A stretch of 63,984 bases of DNA, filler included, from Octopus bimaculoides (lineage: Eukaryota): assembly GCF_001194135.2 (NCBI RefSeq). It is 10 parts of 10 records of this genome, joined end to end, with 100 filler letters (N's around TTAATTAATTAA, not from the genome) between each part and the next. Parts side by side here need not be neighbours in the genome. Positions count along the whole stretch, not along the records: positions 56,851 to 61,992 come from NC_068982.1; positions 62,093 to 63,984 come from NC_068986.1; 8 more parts are not named here. One strand, 5' to 3'. Positions 61,954-63,984 of the stretch are shown here, piece after piece; positions within the stretch are counted from its first letter, which is position 1, and each line of letters opens with the position of its first letter. A program made the translations under genes and the position numbers. The notes beneath the pieces are model-generated. The model saw only the letters and a program-made list of their open reading frames with translations, was not told where the DNA came from and made no database searches.

Positions 61954-63174
61954 TGGGAATATAACCCCAAGATGGCTACTAACCCCAATATTNNNNNNNN
62001 NNNNNNNNNNNNNNNNNNNNNNNNNNNNNNNNNNNNTTAATTAATTAANNNNNNNNNNNNNNNNNNNNNNNNNNNNNNNNNNNNNNNNNNNNGTGTACTA
62101 ACGAACTGGTATAATTGCTCACGTGTCATTTACTGACTCTTTCTATCTGCTGTAATAACTCACACATGTATCACTCACATACACACTTTTCTTTGTACGA
62201 CGGCCTGTCTTTGATTATGTTCTTATATGTCGCATTCACACTCTCACACAGACATACATCTTTAACGCCATAATAAATATCTCTGTTATTCATCTTATAC
62301 GGTTGTGGTCTTTCATTACTATGTTATCGTCGCATAACATATCATGTATATCATCTTCGATATATAATTGTGTGTTCGACCGTGTGACACGTTTAAAGAA
62401 AAGGAGTCCTCGGTTTTTCCATTCGTCACCATTTCTCCTTTTATGAGTTCGCACGGTCGTCCCTTACATATATATGTAAACACACATACATACATCCGTA
62501 CATACATACATGCATACATGCATGCATACATACATACATACATACATACATACATACATACATACATACATACATACATACATACATTGTAACTGATTTC
62601 TCGTTTACGAGCAAAGTCATTGTTAGAAAGAATAATTTAAATGAGTCATTAATGATGCAATGTGAGGCCTTGTATGACTTTGCAACCCGGATAAAGATTT
62701 GCACATTCTACTGCATAATACATAGCTGTGCTGGCTGGCAGGTGTAAAAGGTGTCACAATATAAACTCTATTGGCATGAATTTTCAATCTTCTAACTTGC
62801 CTTTCGACAAGTTGCACATGTTCTGTTCTGTTGTGCATCACAGTTTAGAAGGGATTGATTTCTGTGTGTTCTCTGATAACTGACCTGGCCTACATGATTC
62901 AAGCATTTCTTCCTACAAATCATACACATAAAAAGCAACACTCATTTTCCACTGGTTTATTCATTCTAAGCTTTTTCTTGATCTTCAAATATAGATATAT
63001 ATGTATACACACACATACATACATACATACATACATACTTGCATGCAAGCATACATACTACATGCATACATACATACATACATACATACATACATACATA
63101 CATACGTACATACAAGCATACATTCATATATCTATCCATATATCTATCCATACATACATACATACATACATACA

Positions 63175-63330
63175 ACGAGTATCATTCAATATCCGTCGAC
63201 CAAATCCACTCACAAAGCTTTGGTTCACCCGAAGCTATAGTAGAAACACTTACCCAACATGTCACTGAGAGTCACTAAAACCGGAACCATGTGGTTGGGA
63301 AGCAAACCTCTTAGCATACAGCCCACTTGA
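63175..63330 (-). mobile_element. SINE family A 5' half (decayed)
   Basis: ccgtcgaccaaatccactcacaaagctttgg...gctatagtagaaacactt...ccggaaccatgtggttgggaagc. Confidence 0.8.
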
Positions 63331-63949
63331 CTATGGCTTGTAAGTATTCTGAATTTTGGGATCGAAATTAAGTTACGAAGTTTAGATATACTGTTAATCC
63401 AAAGTCCTAAATGTCTCAGGAGATGCGTTACTGAATGTTATACGAAAATACGATACAAACAAATTTTTATACTAGTGAAAATTTGCTCTGAATTAATGAA
63501 CAAACAAAAATAAAACCAGTTAAATCCGTCCGGTAACTGTTAGTGGCTGTGAAAGAAAAAGGGAGATAATTAATTTTAAGGAAAAAAGAAAACTTTAAAA
63601 AATATACTCTGCATTCGTTATCGCTATTTTGAAATACTTCATATACTTAAAGAAATTCTCTGACTTCTTGTTTGAAGCTCAGGGAACGCTACGGATATGC
63701 TTTGTTTTTTGGAACACAATTAATTAAAACTTGACTTCTAGTTGAAAGTAAACTGAAACCCAACGGTTCTTTACTCGACTCTCAAAGAAAGAAAAATATT
63801 ACTTTATGAGTACGTATATCCGAAAACTTCGTGGAGAAAAGGCACTGCGTAAATAACTCAAGCACTAACCAGACACAAACACGCCCAGAAGAAAACATAC
63901 ACATCCTCTCCCTCCCTCTTACACACACGCACACACACACACACACACA

Positions 63950-63984
<35 letters not shown>

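Noticed and set aside
62650-62690. QCEALYDF on the plus strand, resembling an SH3 start
   Set aside because: The following residues do not continue the SH3 pattern and there are no splice signals.

Overview
This is a repeat-dominated animal genomic window, most likely from an octopus/cephalopod draft assembly. That taxon call is an inference from recalled SINE families and the microsatellite load; no database search was run. About 12% is N by hand count. Nine 100-bp gaps carry an artificial TTAATTAATTAA spacer, so order and orientation across them are uncertain. Almost every ORF in the supplied track is microsatellite or N read-through. One host coding exon is well supported: a 324-nt phase 1-1 exon on the minus strand (35566-35889) encoding a CUB-like domain. 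The rest is mobile DNA: at least four tRNA-headed SINE families (about 35 copies or fragments, some in tandem arrays), a Penelope-like RT/GIY-YIG remnant, a rearranged Tx1/L1-type LINE plus a separate Tx1 3' end, hAT and Tc1/mariner transposase fragments, and several foldback elements. The most interesting signal is a four-copy non-autonomous element built as tRNA-like Pol III head + (AAT)n + minimal type-I hammerhead ribozyme of the Penelope kind, with one copy next to the Penelope remnant. It is a candidate Pol III-driven, ribozyme-bearing SINE/retrozyme system. No CRISPR array, rRNA, bona fide tRNA gene or complete protein-coding gene was found.
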